Shown in pieces: positions 37,650 through 50,400 of a DNA stretch of 64,000 nt (its first letter is position 1; every line of letters begins with the position of its first letter). Under the pieces are notes generated by a model. The model had not been told where the DNA came from and ran no database searches. It saw only the letters and a program-made list of their open reading frames with translations. The translations under genes were made by a program, and so were the position numbers. Source of the stretch: Tubulanus polymorphus (lineage: Eukaryota > Animalia > Nemertea); the NCBI RefSeq assembly GCF_964204645.1, contig NC_134036.1:10953859-11017858 (forward strand), written 5' to 3'.

Positions 37650-37860
37650 GCGTCTGTTCATTTCCGGGGCGATTTCTAGAATGACACGTCGTTGATTATG
37701 CCACGTCATCTGGTTCCGGCGCGCCTTTTCTAGAATATTCTACACGTTTCTGATTATGACGTGTCATCTCTATTCAGAGTTCCAGCACACCTTTATAGAA
37801 TTTTCTATACACGTTTGTAATATTATGAGTCATAATGTCTCGGCGTAACGGCTGTAACAG
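37650..37860. promoter_or_regulatory. Cluster of putative host TF sites (HSE, CRE/UPRE, AP-1, ETS)
   Basis: TTCTAGAATATTC 37728-37740, CCACGTCA 37701-37708, TGACGT about 37757, TGAGTCA 37826-37832, TTCCGG twice. Confidence 0.45.
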
Positions 37861-38244
37861 CTGTGAATTTATAGATTTATTCCATAGCTCTTTACATAGA
37901 ATGTATATAGGTTCAAATAGAATCATGTTCTAGTTTAAACATCGGATCCTTGATATCAAATTACTCAACGTATTGTTCATTATTTGGATCATTATTCCAT
38001 AATTCAATAAATTTCTTTGCCTTTGTTAACTGTTCTGAATATAACTGTAAATATTCTAGTTTCAATTTATTCTCTAAATGTGTTTTAGTTTTATTGTGTC
38101 TTGCTTTTTGGGATTTATCTATATTGATATTACATGTTGGACAGTAGTACTTATTTGCTTCCATTTCTATACTAAATTTTTTATTAAAATTGATTTTAGA
38201 AGTTCAATGATTTAAATGTTATTCATTTATATGAATATTTTAAG

Positions 38245-38594
38245 AGTAATAGGGGTAATGGGCTTTCGGGTTAAAGGTTGAATGGTCGAGTTCATTAAAA
38301 ACAAATATTAAAAGTAATTTAAAACTATAATATATTTTCATAACCGTGTGTATTTCAGTTGAATAATAGAATAATTATTATTATTTGAATATATTTGATT
38401 ATATGAATTTGTGTATTGTAAATAAATCAATATGCTTTTTAAATTATTGATATCTTAGAATAAATATTTAGTTATAATATAAAATGCACACGGTTATGAA
38501 AATATATTATAGTTTTAAATTACTTTTAATGTTTTGTTTTTTAATGAGCTCGACCGTTCGACCTTTGATCTGAAAGCCCATTACCCCTATTACT
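38245..38594. repeat. 350-bp terminal imperfect palindrome (arms about 110 bp, AGTAATAGGGG...CCCCTATTACT)
   Basis: 38245-38355 is the reverse complement of 38482-38594, separated by an AT-rich spacer. Confidence 0.88.
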
Positions 38595-39045
38595 AACACT
38601 GGCGAGATGAGAGACTTCAGAAATACTAACTAGCTCGCTGCTCTTAAACTGTTAACTGTTAACAGTTCCTTAAAACAATTCAAACTCTCTTCATATGCAA
38701 TGATTCTTAATCCCGTCACCTGTTTTCATTGCCCTTTATATTCACAGACTATTTGCATTTAGGCTGCTCTGAGCTTGCTTGTATCAACTCCAACGGCACA
38801 AATACACCAGACATCAGAAAAAATGTATTTATGTAACATAGTTCATTTCTTAATTATCAGCGCACGAGAATGTAAGTAAAAATATGTACTATTTTCTATC
38901 TCACGGTAAATTTTCACTAGCTAGTTAGTATTTCTGAAGTCTCTCATCTTGCCAGTGTTACCTATTGACTGTACGGCTTCAGCCATGATAATTGCCATCT
39001 AGGATCGAAATAATTCATTAAGTCATTTTAGCCGAACAACCGTTC
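38595..39045. mobile_element. Non-autonomous foldback/TIR repeat truncated by the Polinton end; relatives at about 40100-40295 and 42430-42820
   Basis: GGCGAGATGAGAGACTTCAG at about 38601 is inverted at 38935-38955. Other copies show the missing upstream CAGTCAATAGGT. Confidence 0.7.
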
Positions 39046-40333
39046 CTTGGGGCAAACAATGATACATCGTTTCTCATTCCCCGGCTGTGTCCGAAAAAAT
39101 TAAATGAAAAATACAGCTGTAGCTGCAAAGCAGAACGGGTTTCTGCCTCACTGGTTCAAATGTCGCACTGGGAAGCGTACATAGATTTCATCGAAATAAT
39201 TCTGATCATTGCATAACATATGACTATTTCGAAGAAACGCAAACTGGTGGTCAACACTATGCTGGATATGTGAACCCATAAGGTATACCACGTTAAAAGT
39301 ACTAATGTACCAAGTCTAGTCAAAATGGCATTGCGGCTACCGAAGATCTGGTGTTTGGTGGCAGTTGCATGAACTTATCTATCCACATCTCTGTGCGCGT
39401 TTTGATCCGTTCGTTAACAATCGGTTGATCTACCTTCATTACGCGTCAATTTCGCCAATGTTCAGTAAGAAATTTGCACTTAGAAATAAGCAATGATTTT
39501 CAATAAAGTTGTTTTTGTTTTCATTTATCAGCGATAGTTTACTCTTACTGTAGCATACAGCACATACGCGGACTTTGAAACCGAACTTTACCGCGTATAC
39601 TCAATAAACATTGGGAAGCTGCAGAAACACTCAACATCGAAAAGTAAAATTCTGCCGGCTGGGTCTAGAGTGAGCATCTTTTTATGATAAAAATAAAAAA
39701 TATATGTACTATGTATTATCGATTTTAGTACTTTAAAAATGGATGCCAAATAGCGTGAGGTCGGAACTCAAACCTACTACTCTCTCTCTCTCTAGTCAAT
39801 AATTTAGCCATTGTTCCATAACCATAACAACCACTGGTATTCACTAATAGAATGCATATTTGTAACGGTAATAACTCTTCTTTACAGTAGAATCTTGTTC
39901 TCAACTAAAATAATTAAAAAAAAATAGTTTTCCTTTAATGAGAAACGAGGCATATCTTTTGTTCAGCCTTACATATATTGTCGAACAATTGATAGACTTA
40001 ATACCTAAAACACGCTACGTTCACATTCAGTACCTAAGAGCAGCTAGAAAAACGTGAGAATAGCGCCAGTAACAAGTGACGAGATCACGAGTTATTCGGT
40101 TTGAAGAGCAGTATGAATTGTTTTTGGCAATATTGAAAAGAACTTTTAACTGTTTTGAAGAGCAGCGAGCTAGTTAGTCTTTCTGAAGTCTCTCATGTCG
40201 ATTGTGTTACCTATTGACTGTACGGCTTCAACCTTGATAATTGGCATCTACGATCGAAACATTAGAATCAGTAGTTCTAGCCGAACAACTGTTCTTTAGT
40301 TATGTTCTAAATATGAATATACGTTACACCTAA

Positions 40334-40618
40334 AATTTGTATTCCTTCAGTTAATGCAGCGATACTCTGTATCACTGAATTCGCAAAGCACGTATTGCCT
40401 AGGTTCTCCATTATTTGGAACAGTATCGTTAAGTTGTTGACTGGCGATATAATAAATTATCAAATACTAATTCCCGGTGTTGAAAACCTGGGTCCGGTGC
40501 CCTGTCCGACAGTGGGTATCCCCGTGGGAAAACCCGTATACTATTTATAGTTAAACTGAAGAAATTCCGCGTTTTTGGAAAATTCCGCGATTCCGTCTTT
40601 CCACGATATGACAACACC
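40334..40618 (-). repeat. Interspersed repeat; near-identical inverted copy at 44681-44965 and partial copy at 45696-45823
   Basis: Direct sequence match; core bounded by CCGGTGTTG...CAACACCGG. Confidence 0.85.
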
Positions 40619-40719
40619 GCATTAATAACCTAGAATCAGGATTATCTGTTTACCGCATACTATTATTCTTGCCTTTTACCGTTTAAAAAGTGTTACTTAT
40701 GGTAAGACATTGATACTAG

Positions 40720-40915
40720 TACCATACAGTGATAGTAATACAATGATAGTTATAGGGTGATAGAGAAAATGATGGTTAGACAGTGACAGCGATACTAATA
40801 CGGTGGTGGTAGTACGGATATAGTAATGCAGTGATAGTAATACAGTGATAGTAATATATAGTGATAGTTATACAGTGGTAGTAATACAGTGATAGTAATA
40901 CATTGATAGTAAAAC
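40720..40915. repeat. (GTGATAGTAATACA)n minisatellite
   Basis: Degenerate 14-bp units seen directly. Confidence 0.8.
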
Positions 40916-41899
40916 AATACTCAGTTGAATGATGCGATGATAATGTCACACATTCACTAATAAATAATTAATTACACGTGATTATTGAAAGGTATGTAAT
41001 AGAATAGACTTTAGGAGATATTTGATAAAAATGATTATGATGAAGGATGTGATACTAGCTGAAAAATGTTTGAATATAGTGAGTTAAAATATATTCACAA
41101 GATGACAAATTGACTTCGTCTCAATTGTAGTTTTGATTATATATCAATATGCGTACGTAGGAACTTCCATTATATCAGCTCTCGAATCTATTATTCATCG
41201 GTAATAGATATAATATGATTTGTAGAAGAATTAACAGCTGTCGTTTCAGGCATAAGATACTTCCTATATTTCAGTAGTGGTAATCAATACGGTGTGACCG
41301 ACTACAGAATAAAATATCATATTGAATGGTAATAGATAACAACGTTAAATAAGTGTTTGAACAAGAAAGTAATATTCTCACACAACGTACCCTGAGTACG
41401 ATTAAAGCCTTGTTACTATTGGCCTTGCACGATCTACGTTTGGAACGCAATCATAGCACACGCTCTATATCGGATTTTTACAACGTTTGCAATCGTACAA
41501 ACGAACGCACGATCTAACAAAGTTAGTTTTGAATTCTATTGCCAAATGCGTTTTACAACAGTTAGTGTTTCACTTTTTATAGTTAGTGTCGGATTTTTAT
41601 AGTCATGCCGTCATCATACACCAGGTGGCGATGAGGTGAATGTGAGAATTCAATTGTTACTATTAAAACTTCAACACCGACTTTTGAAAAGCGTATTTTA
41701 TTTACAGAATTCAAAACTAAGATTTTGAGTTGGTTATGCGATTCGTCAATTGTCCTTAGGTTCTAAACGTTATATGATTGTGCAATATCAGTTCCATCAA
41801 TTTCTGAATGGATATCAACCGGTTAATGATATTTTCCATGCGAAGAAACCAGGGTTATGAAGTCAGATTTACATCTGTATGACAGTTTAGACATTACAC

Positions 41900-42030
41900 T
41901 GTAAACACTTGTTAGGTTGAACCACCTCGTAGATCTGGTGATCATCGGCGAAAAGTTCGTGTAGGTGATTAACGTCGAGATAATAAACAGAATATGACCA
42001 AGAACTGATCCTTGTGGCACTCCGCGACTT
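41900..42030 (-). mobile_element. Short CR1/L2-type reverse transcriptase fragment
   Basis: GVPQGSVLGHILF motif (canonical GVPQGSVLGP.LF). Confidence 0.6.
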
Positions 42031-43471
42031 GTGGCTGGCTGGGTGAGCTCGGTTCCTCGACTATGACGATCGGCTGAGGTGCTCGAGCAAACCGCGATCG
42101 ATGTTTTGCTAGCGTCAAGAAAGATAATGAAATATATGTTCTAATTCGTGTTTGCCTTGTGCCTTTCGACGAATAAAGAAATGTAAAACACAAAATTGAA
42201 AAAGTATTTGACAGCATCAAAACATATACTTTTCTTATTCTCAATGTAAAGATGTAATTCTCCCCTCTGCATTCATTGGCTCACGTTTTAGTTTAATGGC
42301 TTTGACGTTGTCAAAATACAAACCAAGATTGAAATTCTACTGAGTGTTAGGTTTAAAGTCTATCCTTGTTGGAAAATGAATGTATTGAACAGCTGTTTTG
42401 CTAAAACGACTGCACTGAACGACTGAATCTATCATTTCGATCCTAGACGGCAATTGTCAAGGCTGGAGACGTACAGTCAATAGGTAATAATGGCGAGATG
42501 AGAGACTTCAAATATACTGTCTAGCCCGGTGCTCTTCAAACTGTTAGCAGTTCCGATCTAGGCTCCTTAGAACACTTCACAGTTCTCTTCAAATGTAATG
42601 TCTCTTGTTCCCGGCACCTGTTCTCAGCGATATTTATATTCACATTTTGGTGACTGCTTCTAAAGCAACTACATTCTTGGCTGCGCAACTCCGAAGGCTG
42701 AAATACACAGACAATTTGCGACACCAGGAACAAGGTAGTAAATAACGGTTCATTTTTTTGTTGTCAATGTCCGAGAATGTAGGAATGTAAGTAAACTCGG
42801 GTACGATTTTCTAATTCGGACATTACTGAAGCTGTGTACGTATTCATTATTTATGATATGCTAGAGAGTTCAGCGTTAGTAAAATCCGTAACAAAACAAA
42901 CAGTTCAATTCTTTCATATCTATATCATGATTCATTCGTCATTTCGTCCGAAGTTTTCGAATAAGAACATCTACCCTTTTGAAGTAACTATACTTCAAAT
43001 TTGAGTTTCAACGTCGGTTAGGAACTACTTCGTACTCAAGCGTCAAAACGTGAAACTGGGCCGAGAATTTGAAACAAATGATGTGGTTGCTTGAAGTAAA
43101 TGGAGTCAGTTGAAATCTACAATTCATTTTTTAGCAAAACTCTTTTTTGGCATTTCAATCTCAGTTATTTTAACATCTTTTTCGTCACTTTAATAAATTC
43201 ACATAAATAATCAATCTTTCTGGATTTCCGGTCTCTTTATCTTACTATACCAAGCGATGGCGCTCGCTAGAATTCACCAGGTCTACTCTAGTTACAACTC
43301 GAGTATCTGCATTTATTTTTTAATTCCTTCAATTTCACTGAATGAGAAAAAGTACAACAATGATATAAAACTATTTAACTACAGTTAAGAAATCGAAGAT
43401 GTCATTTCAATCGAATACGTTTAATATTACATTTTTCGTAGGCAGTAAGAATCACGTGTGCGTCATTTCAG

Positions 43472-46080
43472 ATGAACTATTTCCTAACACTGGGAGCGAT
43501 GCTGTTGTTGACAGCGTCATACGTGTCGTCATCACCTGACGCGGGGTCACGCACGACAACGCAGGCTAACAACGGTGAGTCTCAATGTACTGGTACTTTC
43601 AATCACACGCCTGAGTAATGGGGTATGGTACCCGCAGTACTACCTGGGACAATCAAGGATTCCACGTATGGCAGGCGAAGATCCACCAGGTTGGCTAGTA
43701 GATAGTTGCTCGTCCGCTTTCAATTTCCTTCTACATTTCAAGGAAATCTGAATGAACATTTTTCTTACATGAATCGATATTTTATGAAGACTATCCAAAT
43801 CTGATAAGAAGAATGAAAGTTTTACAAATTAGGAGAGTCCTGTGATAATGGATTCAGGAGTCTAACAAATCCAGTTCAAAGTTAATTGAAAATAAACTTA
43901 CGTTGACATCGGACAACCTACTGCTGGTTATGCCATCTGGTGGGATAGCTGGTTTTACGGGTATCCCGTTATTTCAATACGTCATGGTGATGATGTTGAT
44001 TTAATTGTGGCAATGTTATATGCCAGTTTTTATTTGCAGGGTATAATTAAAAGTATTTTCGATTCGGCAGGTTTATCTGTATGTAGTTCCTAAATGCTAT
44101 TAAGTCGTGGTTATCTTAGCCGAGTAAATACAGTGGTTTATATATCATCACTTTTTGGTATTTCAATGTTGAGTCATGTACAAGGTACCATTAGTTTCTA
44201 TCTTCATCCCCAATCGCAAAATTACATTTGACTGCAATTGAAAGGGAGAAATTCCAGAGAAAAATAGCCTAACCGACAAATCAAGAAGTGTGTTCGTAAT
44301 TCTTTTCCTGGCGACTTTTTCAACATTCATATATTTTGTCTTTTTTGACGTAACTTTTTTTCATCAGATTGTCGAAACTACGTTGGATGTTTTAAAGACG
44401 GTCCAAAAAGAGATCTCACATTGTTTGCGATGAACGGGGACAGAAGCATGACTATCGAGAAATGCATTGGTATGTGTAAGGACAGAGGTAAGAATACTCA
44501 CAGTTCTTCGTTCAATAGGGACATGTTTCAGATTCTGAGGGTGTCATACGAATTCGCGTGTGTGTGTGTATGTGTGTGTGCGTGCATGTGTGGTAAAAAC
44601 ACCTCACCAATGTTTAGATAACAATTTTTGCCATTGCATTTTGGAGAGCCCCACTCTCGTTGAGCTTGTTGAAGATTTCCGGTGTTGTCATATCACAGAA
44701 AGACGGAATCGCGGAATTTTCCAAAAACGCGGAATTGCTTCATTTTTACTATAGATAGTGAACGGGTTTTCCCACGGGGATACCCACTGTCGGACAGGGC
44801 ACCGGACCCAGGTTTTCAACACCGGGAATTAGTATTTGATAATTTATTATATCGCCAGTCAACAACTTAACGATACTGTTCCAAATAATGGGGAACCTAG
44901 GCAATACGTGCTTTGCGAATTCAGTGATACAGAGTATCGCTGCATTAACTGAAGGAATACAAATTGATGGTACGTAAACGTAGGATTTGTGATGACACCA
45001 TGGGTCATTCCCCAGGACTCATTTCCGAGTTAAGATTTGACTCTGGTCTTTGGATTTAAAACATTGGAAATGAATTGATTCTAAGTAACTGAGAGTTAAC
45101 TCACAACTGTGGAACTGGATCGATGTCAGACGAAAATAAATAGACATTATGTATATTTCATTCTGGTTTAGGATTGTTCATGCGTGTTGTGTGTCTACAT
45201 TGTTGTTATTAGCGAATGTGGTTTATCTTTTAGAATTAAATGATATGAAAGATTATAAAATGGTTTCGTTTTTTTTAATGTTTACTTTGTGACTGCTATA
45301 ACATATATGTCCCTATGCTGATTATTTAGATCAAAAGAATCTTATTGGTACCGGTACTGGACGGCCGTAAAATTATAATAATTTCAAAGGAATTTGAACC
45401 GGTACTTGGTCGTAGGATTTCATGTTTGCAACCATCTACAACTACGGTCCGACACCGCGAACGTGCTCAATATTTATCTGATAATATTCGTTTCTGACGT
45501 TCTCAAAAAGTCGATGAACTTCGATAACCGAAGTTTGCCTAGTAGAAATAGACATTAGGTGCCTGGTCTCTTTCACCCCACTTGATTCTGAATTCTTCTA
45601 CAGGTGGCAGCCAGTCAACGGTATCGTAATATAATAATTCCATATAAAATTGCCTGGAAATAATGGGATTCGAACTTAACTCGTTGCATCGATCGGTCCG
45701 GTGCCCTGTCCGACAGTGGGTATCCCCGTGGGAAAACCCGTTTACTATTTAAAGTAAAAATGAAGAAATTCCGCGTTTTTGGAAAATTCCGCGATTCCGT
45801 CTTTCCGCGATATGACAACACCGGAAGATTTCTTAAGACGTCAGACTCAGTTTGCAACAAAGGCATTATTAATAGGAATCACAACTTTTGACTGTTTGTT
45901 TTCTTTTCAGGATATATATTTGCTGGACTTCGACATAGATGGCATTGTTTCTGTGGTAACCGTGTCGGCGAATATGGTTCAGCACCAGAATCTGAATGCG
46001 ATATGAATTGCGCAGGAAACCCTACCGAAAAATGCGGAGGCAAAGCGAGGAATTCTGTGTACATTACTTCTGATAATTAG
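43472..46080 (+). CDS. Secreted single-WSC-domain protein, 130 aa, 3 exons (43472-43574, 44368-44487, 45911-46080)
   Basis: Signal peptide MNYFLTLGAMLLLTASYVSS; phase-1 GT-AG introns; WSC pattern YVGCFKD..RDL..MTIEKCIGMC..GYIFAGL...CFCG...C.MNCAGN..EKCGG..RNSVY. Exons total 393 nt. Confidence 0.9.
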
Positions 46081-46903
46081 ATACGCGACAAATTCAATGC
46101 TCATTCATTAAAGACGTCAATAAGAATTTACTGAAAATGATCTTGTTCTTCGACTCATTTCTTAATCAATTGACACCGGTTGCATTAATTCCCGAAAATG
46201 TTATATTTATATAAAAAATCAATCCTATTGACGGAAATTCGAAATGTTCCGAGATCTTTTCGTTCTGGTCGAGCGGTTAAAACCGCCGGTTACTGGTCTC
46301 ACCAGTCAATGGTCCGTGTGTTCGGTTCCCGGTTCTGACGGAGCCTCAGAACTGTGGACCAGGATCCGGAGTCAAATGTAACTCACTCACTGGTGCTGGA
46401 TACAAAGTTTAATCCAAAAAAATTAGATTAGAATTAGACCTAATTATCTAGCGTTCACCTAAATGTAGGAACCTAATCTTCAAAACTCCTAAACCAAGAG
46501 AACACCAATTCTACTCGGATATTTTATGAACCAATGAGTTGCTTGAGTAGTGTGTGCAACTTGGTTCAGTGACAACTCTCTGTTCCTTGAGTCTGCGCAT
46601 GTATTTATAGAAACCAGTGACGGTCATAGTATTTGTTTTCCTTGAAGTAGGATTCCTCACGGCGCATCCTATAATTGATCACATTACAATCTTCATCCAC
46701 GATTCCTAAACAGGTGAAAACACGTTTTTTGATTTATTTACCGACGCTTTTATTGAATCAAATTACAACACGAGATTTTACGATTGAGTTTTAAATATAA
46801 ATTAAATTCGAGCTTTTTGCTAACCTACACCGAGAGTTTCATAATCAGATATTTCCAAAACTGCCACAATTATATCCGATTATAAACCATTGTCACCAAA
46901 CGC

Positions 46904-47437
46904 TTATGAACAAAATTGGCCTTTACATTTGCCGCTGCAACAGTCCTCGTTATAGAAACATTCTACGAGCTTTCCCCAACACCTGGTATTTGCTAAAAAC
47001 ATAAGAAACAAAATGAAAATTTGGAGTGAAACATATGTTTTACTTATAGGAAAAAATAATTGAACTCCTCCCCTGATGTAGGACTGACGCCGACGATGAT
47101 GATCATCATAACTACCCCTTGTCACGTCGATAAACGTCTCTAAGCCGAGTTTGGGAAATTCAAGTATATAAAAACAATATTGCGTGTCAATTAAATTGAT
47201 ACTTGTCAGAATATAACAAATTACATAATATAATCTATGAAATGAAACTCGTAAAATTAATCTGTTGAATCAGTAAATAACTGCTTACTGCTACTTAAAT
47301 GTATAGTATTCATGAGCTATTTTGAAATTATGTATTATTCCCAGTCGTTACTCACCAACTACTGACTCTGCAAATGGCGCAGCGTTGACCACAATCACAA
47401 TAATAGCACATATACGATAAATCAGATTTGCGAGCAT
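46904..47437 (-). CDS. Secreted cystine-knot (ICK, conotoxin framework VI/VII-like) peptide precursor, 56 aa, 2 exons (47437-47356, 46992-46904)
   Basis: MLANLIYRICAIIVIVVNAAPFAESVV/ANTR-CWGKLVECFYNEDCCSGKCKGQFCS. Phase-1 GTGAGT..TTTTAG intron; TATAAAA at 47517-47511; AATAAA at 46754-46749. Confidence 0.85.
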
Positions 47438-50400
47438 TTTCGTCTAGAATCCGATTGAAAAGATATTAGCAATTTCGGAAAATCCTAAATTATAGCCATA
47501 CAGAAAGTCATTTTATATGGCTTTCAGTGAATGAATTTTTGTCAGATCACGTGCCAGGTTAAGAATAAGTCTGCTTCAGACAAAACAAAAGCTTACAATA
47601 CTCGTCGTGCGAAGCAGCGATTACGGATTGTTTTATTGCTGGTTCGAATGCCGTAATAATGAAACTGGTTTCGTCGAAATTAGTATCACATTTAGTGATG
47701 ATAGAAGCAATGACTAATTTTGTGAATATTGGTTTGTTAGATTTGAAGTCCATTGAATGGCATTCGCTGAACATTTTATAGTCACGTAACATTCTGTATC
47801 TCTGGCATTCATTCTGTTTCTTATCATATTTTCATGTATGATGAGCTTTTTTAATGTATTGTTTAGATGTATGTTTGTTATACAGATAATCATTGAAATT
47901 AATTTTTTTGTCATTAGAACACGTTTGATTGAAATAAACTCCCCATTCTGCACAATCGTTGCGTTCTGTTTTAAACACCGCAATAATTTGATTGAAATTT
48001 TGTCATCACCTCACAACTGTTATAAAACAGAAATGGGTCATGAATTTTCTGCTGAATTTAAAATATCATAAATCTAGGGATATACTAGAAATACTAGACG
48101 GTATGATCTGTGACACGTCATCGAACAATTAACTGCTGCATAGATTTCAGCAGAAAAATATTTAGTCACCTGTTGCGTTTTTGATTCCGTTTACTTAAGT
48201 TGTTGTTCTACGTGTAATTGCTATATATAGGAAGGTTACTGAAGCCAAAACTAAGTTGCATATGCATAGGCGCCAGACAGCTTGAAACCCCTCCTAAAAG
48301 GAATTCTTATGGAATGTATACTTATTTATATAATCGCAAAAGGTACAATAAAGGTTAGGCGAACTTGTAATTAAATTTCGAGTATGCATTGATATCGACG
48401 ACGACGACGATGTTAGAAGTTTGATACATGTATTTCAGTTTTTCTCGCTGCTCCTGTGCGCCTCAACGTCAAGATCAATCGGACATTTTAATTCGATTAA
48501 TTCCAGAAACCTTTCAAGTTCCATAGTTAAGAATCAGTATTGATTCCGTCAGTCTGTGGTATTCACGTATTTTCTCATCTGCTCATCGATTAACAATGAT
48601 TGTTCAGCGAACTGAAATTTCAGTAACCACAACCTCAAGTGCAACAGGTGACTGGTAGACAAGTATTTGCTCATCAATTCAGGATGATAGTTCATGCACA
48701 GAATTTTCAGTTTCAAGAACCTCGAGTGCAACAGGTGACTGGTAAGATGATTGTTCATCGAGCCGGAAGCCGCTTTCAATGCAACAAGCGACTAGATATA
48801 ACTATACTGACTTTGATCCAACGGCAAATTGTTTAACGACGTGTCAATTATGCCACCTAGTGCAGTCATATAAACCAAGCCTTTCTAGATTCTATATGAT
48901 GGAAATTTTATAGAATGTAAGCTAAACAAAACTCATAGCAACATTTACGTTGAACTGATGTAATGCAACGTCGTGGTTGCAGGGTGTGGTTGCAACAACA
49001 ATATTCACCGTACTATCGCCCAGGACTCAGTTCCACAGTTGTGAGTTAGAGTTAACTCTGAGTTAAAATAAGTTCATTTTCAATGAGTTAACTCAGGGTC
49101 AAATCTTAACTCCGAACCGTGGAACTGAACAGGTGAGTGCAATAAACTAGCGCCTCTAAGGCTTCCCGGCTCAAATACTGAGGGAGTGGATGAAGTTTCG
49201 TTACGATAAGAAACGAAGAAATACCCTTACGCCGAAACCCTTGGGAAACGGAGCATGATTAAATGACCGAAAATGAAATGTTCATTTCGAGATCATTAAT
49301 TTTTCAAACTATTTACCAATCAGCCAACTCAAATGTCCCAGATGTTTGTCAAAAAGAGTTTTATTTTCTTACCCATATAGCAAGAAGCCATTGATTTGAA
49401 ATACGCTGTTTTATATTGTAGGTAACACAGTATGAGATCTGTTCTAATCTAAGAAATCATATATACTATATTGTATGAATTGTCATCTGACCAAAATACC
49501 ATACGATATACAATATTCCTATTAAATGCACCATTTATGATTGCATGTCTAGCTATTATTACCACCCCATCCATTACTTACTTGAAGTTTCGTCACCAGT
49601 GCTGATGCTATTGTGATGGATCGTCAGAGTTTGAATCCGAATATGAATATAAATATAGAAAGGACGTCGTATTGATTTCATATCTTTCATCACACTATTT
49701 GCTCATATGTTCCCGATGATGACATCCTTGTACAATTTTGGTTATTCGATACCAAATTTCAGCAAGCGATTTAATATGGAATGCGTTCAATATATGATAT
49801 ATAGTTGGGGAGCTAGCTTGCATTTGCCATGTGTACTCAGCCCAAAAGTTCAACCTTTAGCAATTGATAAGCCATATGTGCGAGTGAAAGTAAGGCACAT
49901 CTTGAGTTACGCATCATGAGCAGAAGGCCCCGTAACCCGCCTCCCGCCAAAAAGAAATATGAAAAAAATCAAATTCATACTAAAGATGTGTGTGCTAAAG
50001 GCAAACCTGACTTGGAAATGTCCGAACCAACACAGGGATTATATATTTCAATCTCAAGACTATTTTACTTTTAGCATTACCAATTCAGCCTATATAAATG
50101 GGTAATTAAGGTTTTGTTCTGAGCATTGAGCCCAAACAATTTTCTTTTTCTATTTCTCATTGAACTCACAATCATTCACATTGAATCAATGTAAGACCCA
50201 ATTATCTTCAGCCCAAGGAGTTAATACAGTCGTCAATCGCAACTCTATAGTAACATAGATTAAAATTGACGTGATTTAATCTGTCAATAAATCCAATTTC
50301 ACAATCTTGAGGGTTTGAAACTGCTCCCAGTTCAACAAATGGTTTCTATTAAGGGCCCAGTTTTACAGTAATTTTGTTCCACGTGTCCCTGAATCAAGTT

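Larger units (their letters stand above)
20408..38594. mobile_element. Polinton/Maverick (beta-adintovirus-like) endogenous virus E2, near complete
   Basis: pPolB, penton, MCP, ATPase and integrase in two convergent gene blocks. 20408-20733 is inverted at 38051-38376. Right end ...CCCTATTACT abuts a host repeat. No adenain-type protease seen. Confidence 0.95.

Noticed and set aside
40429-45866. Three similar short ORFs (MLSYRGKTESRNFPK...) as a peptide family
   Set aside because: They are translations of a non-coding interspersed repeat with non-ATG starts.
46265-46335. tRNA gene
   Set aside because: Has A/B-box-like motifs but no convincing cloverleaf; at most a decayed SINE head.
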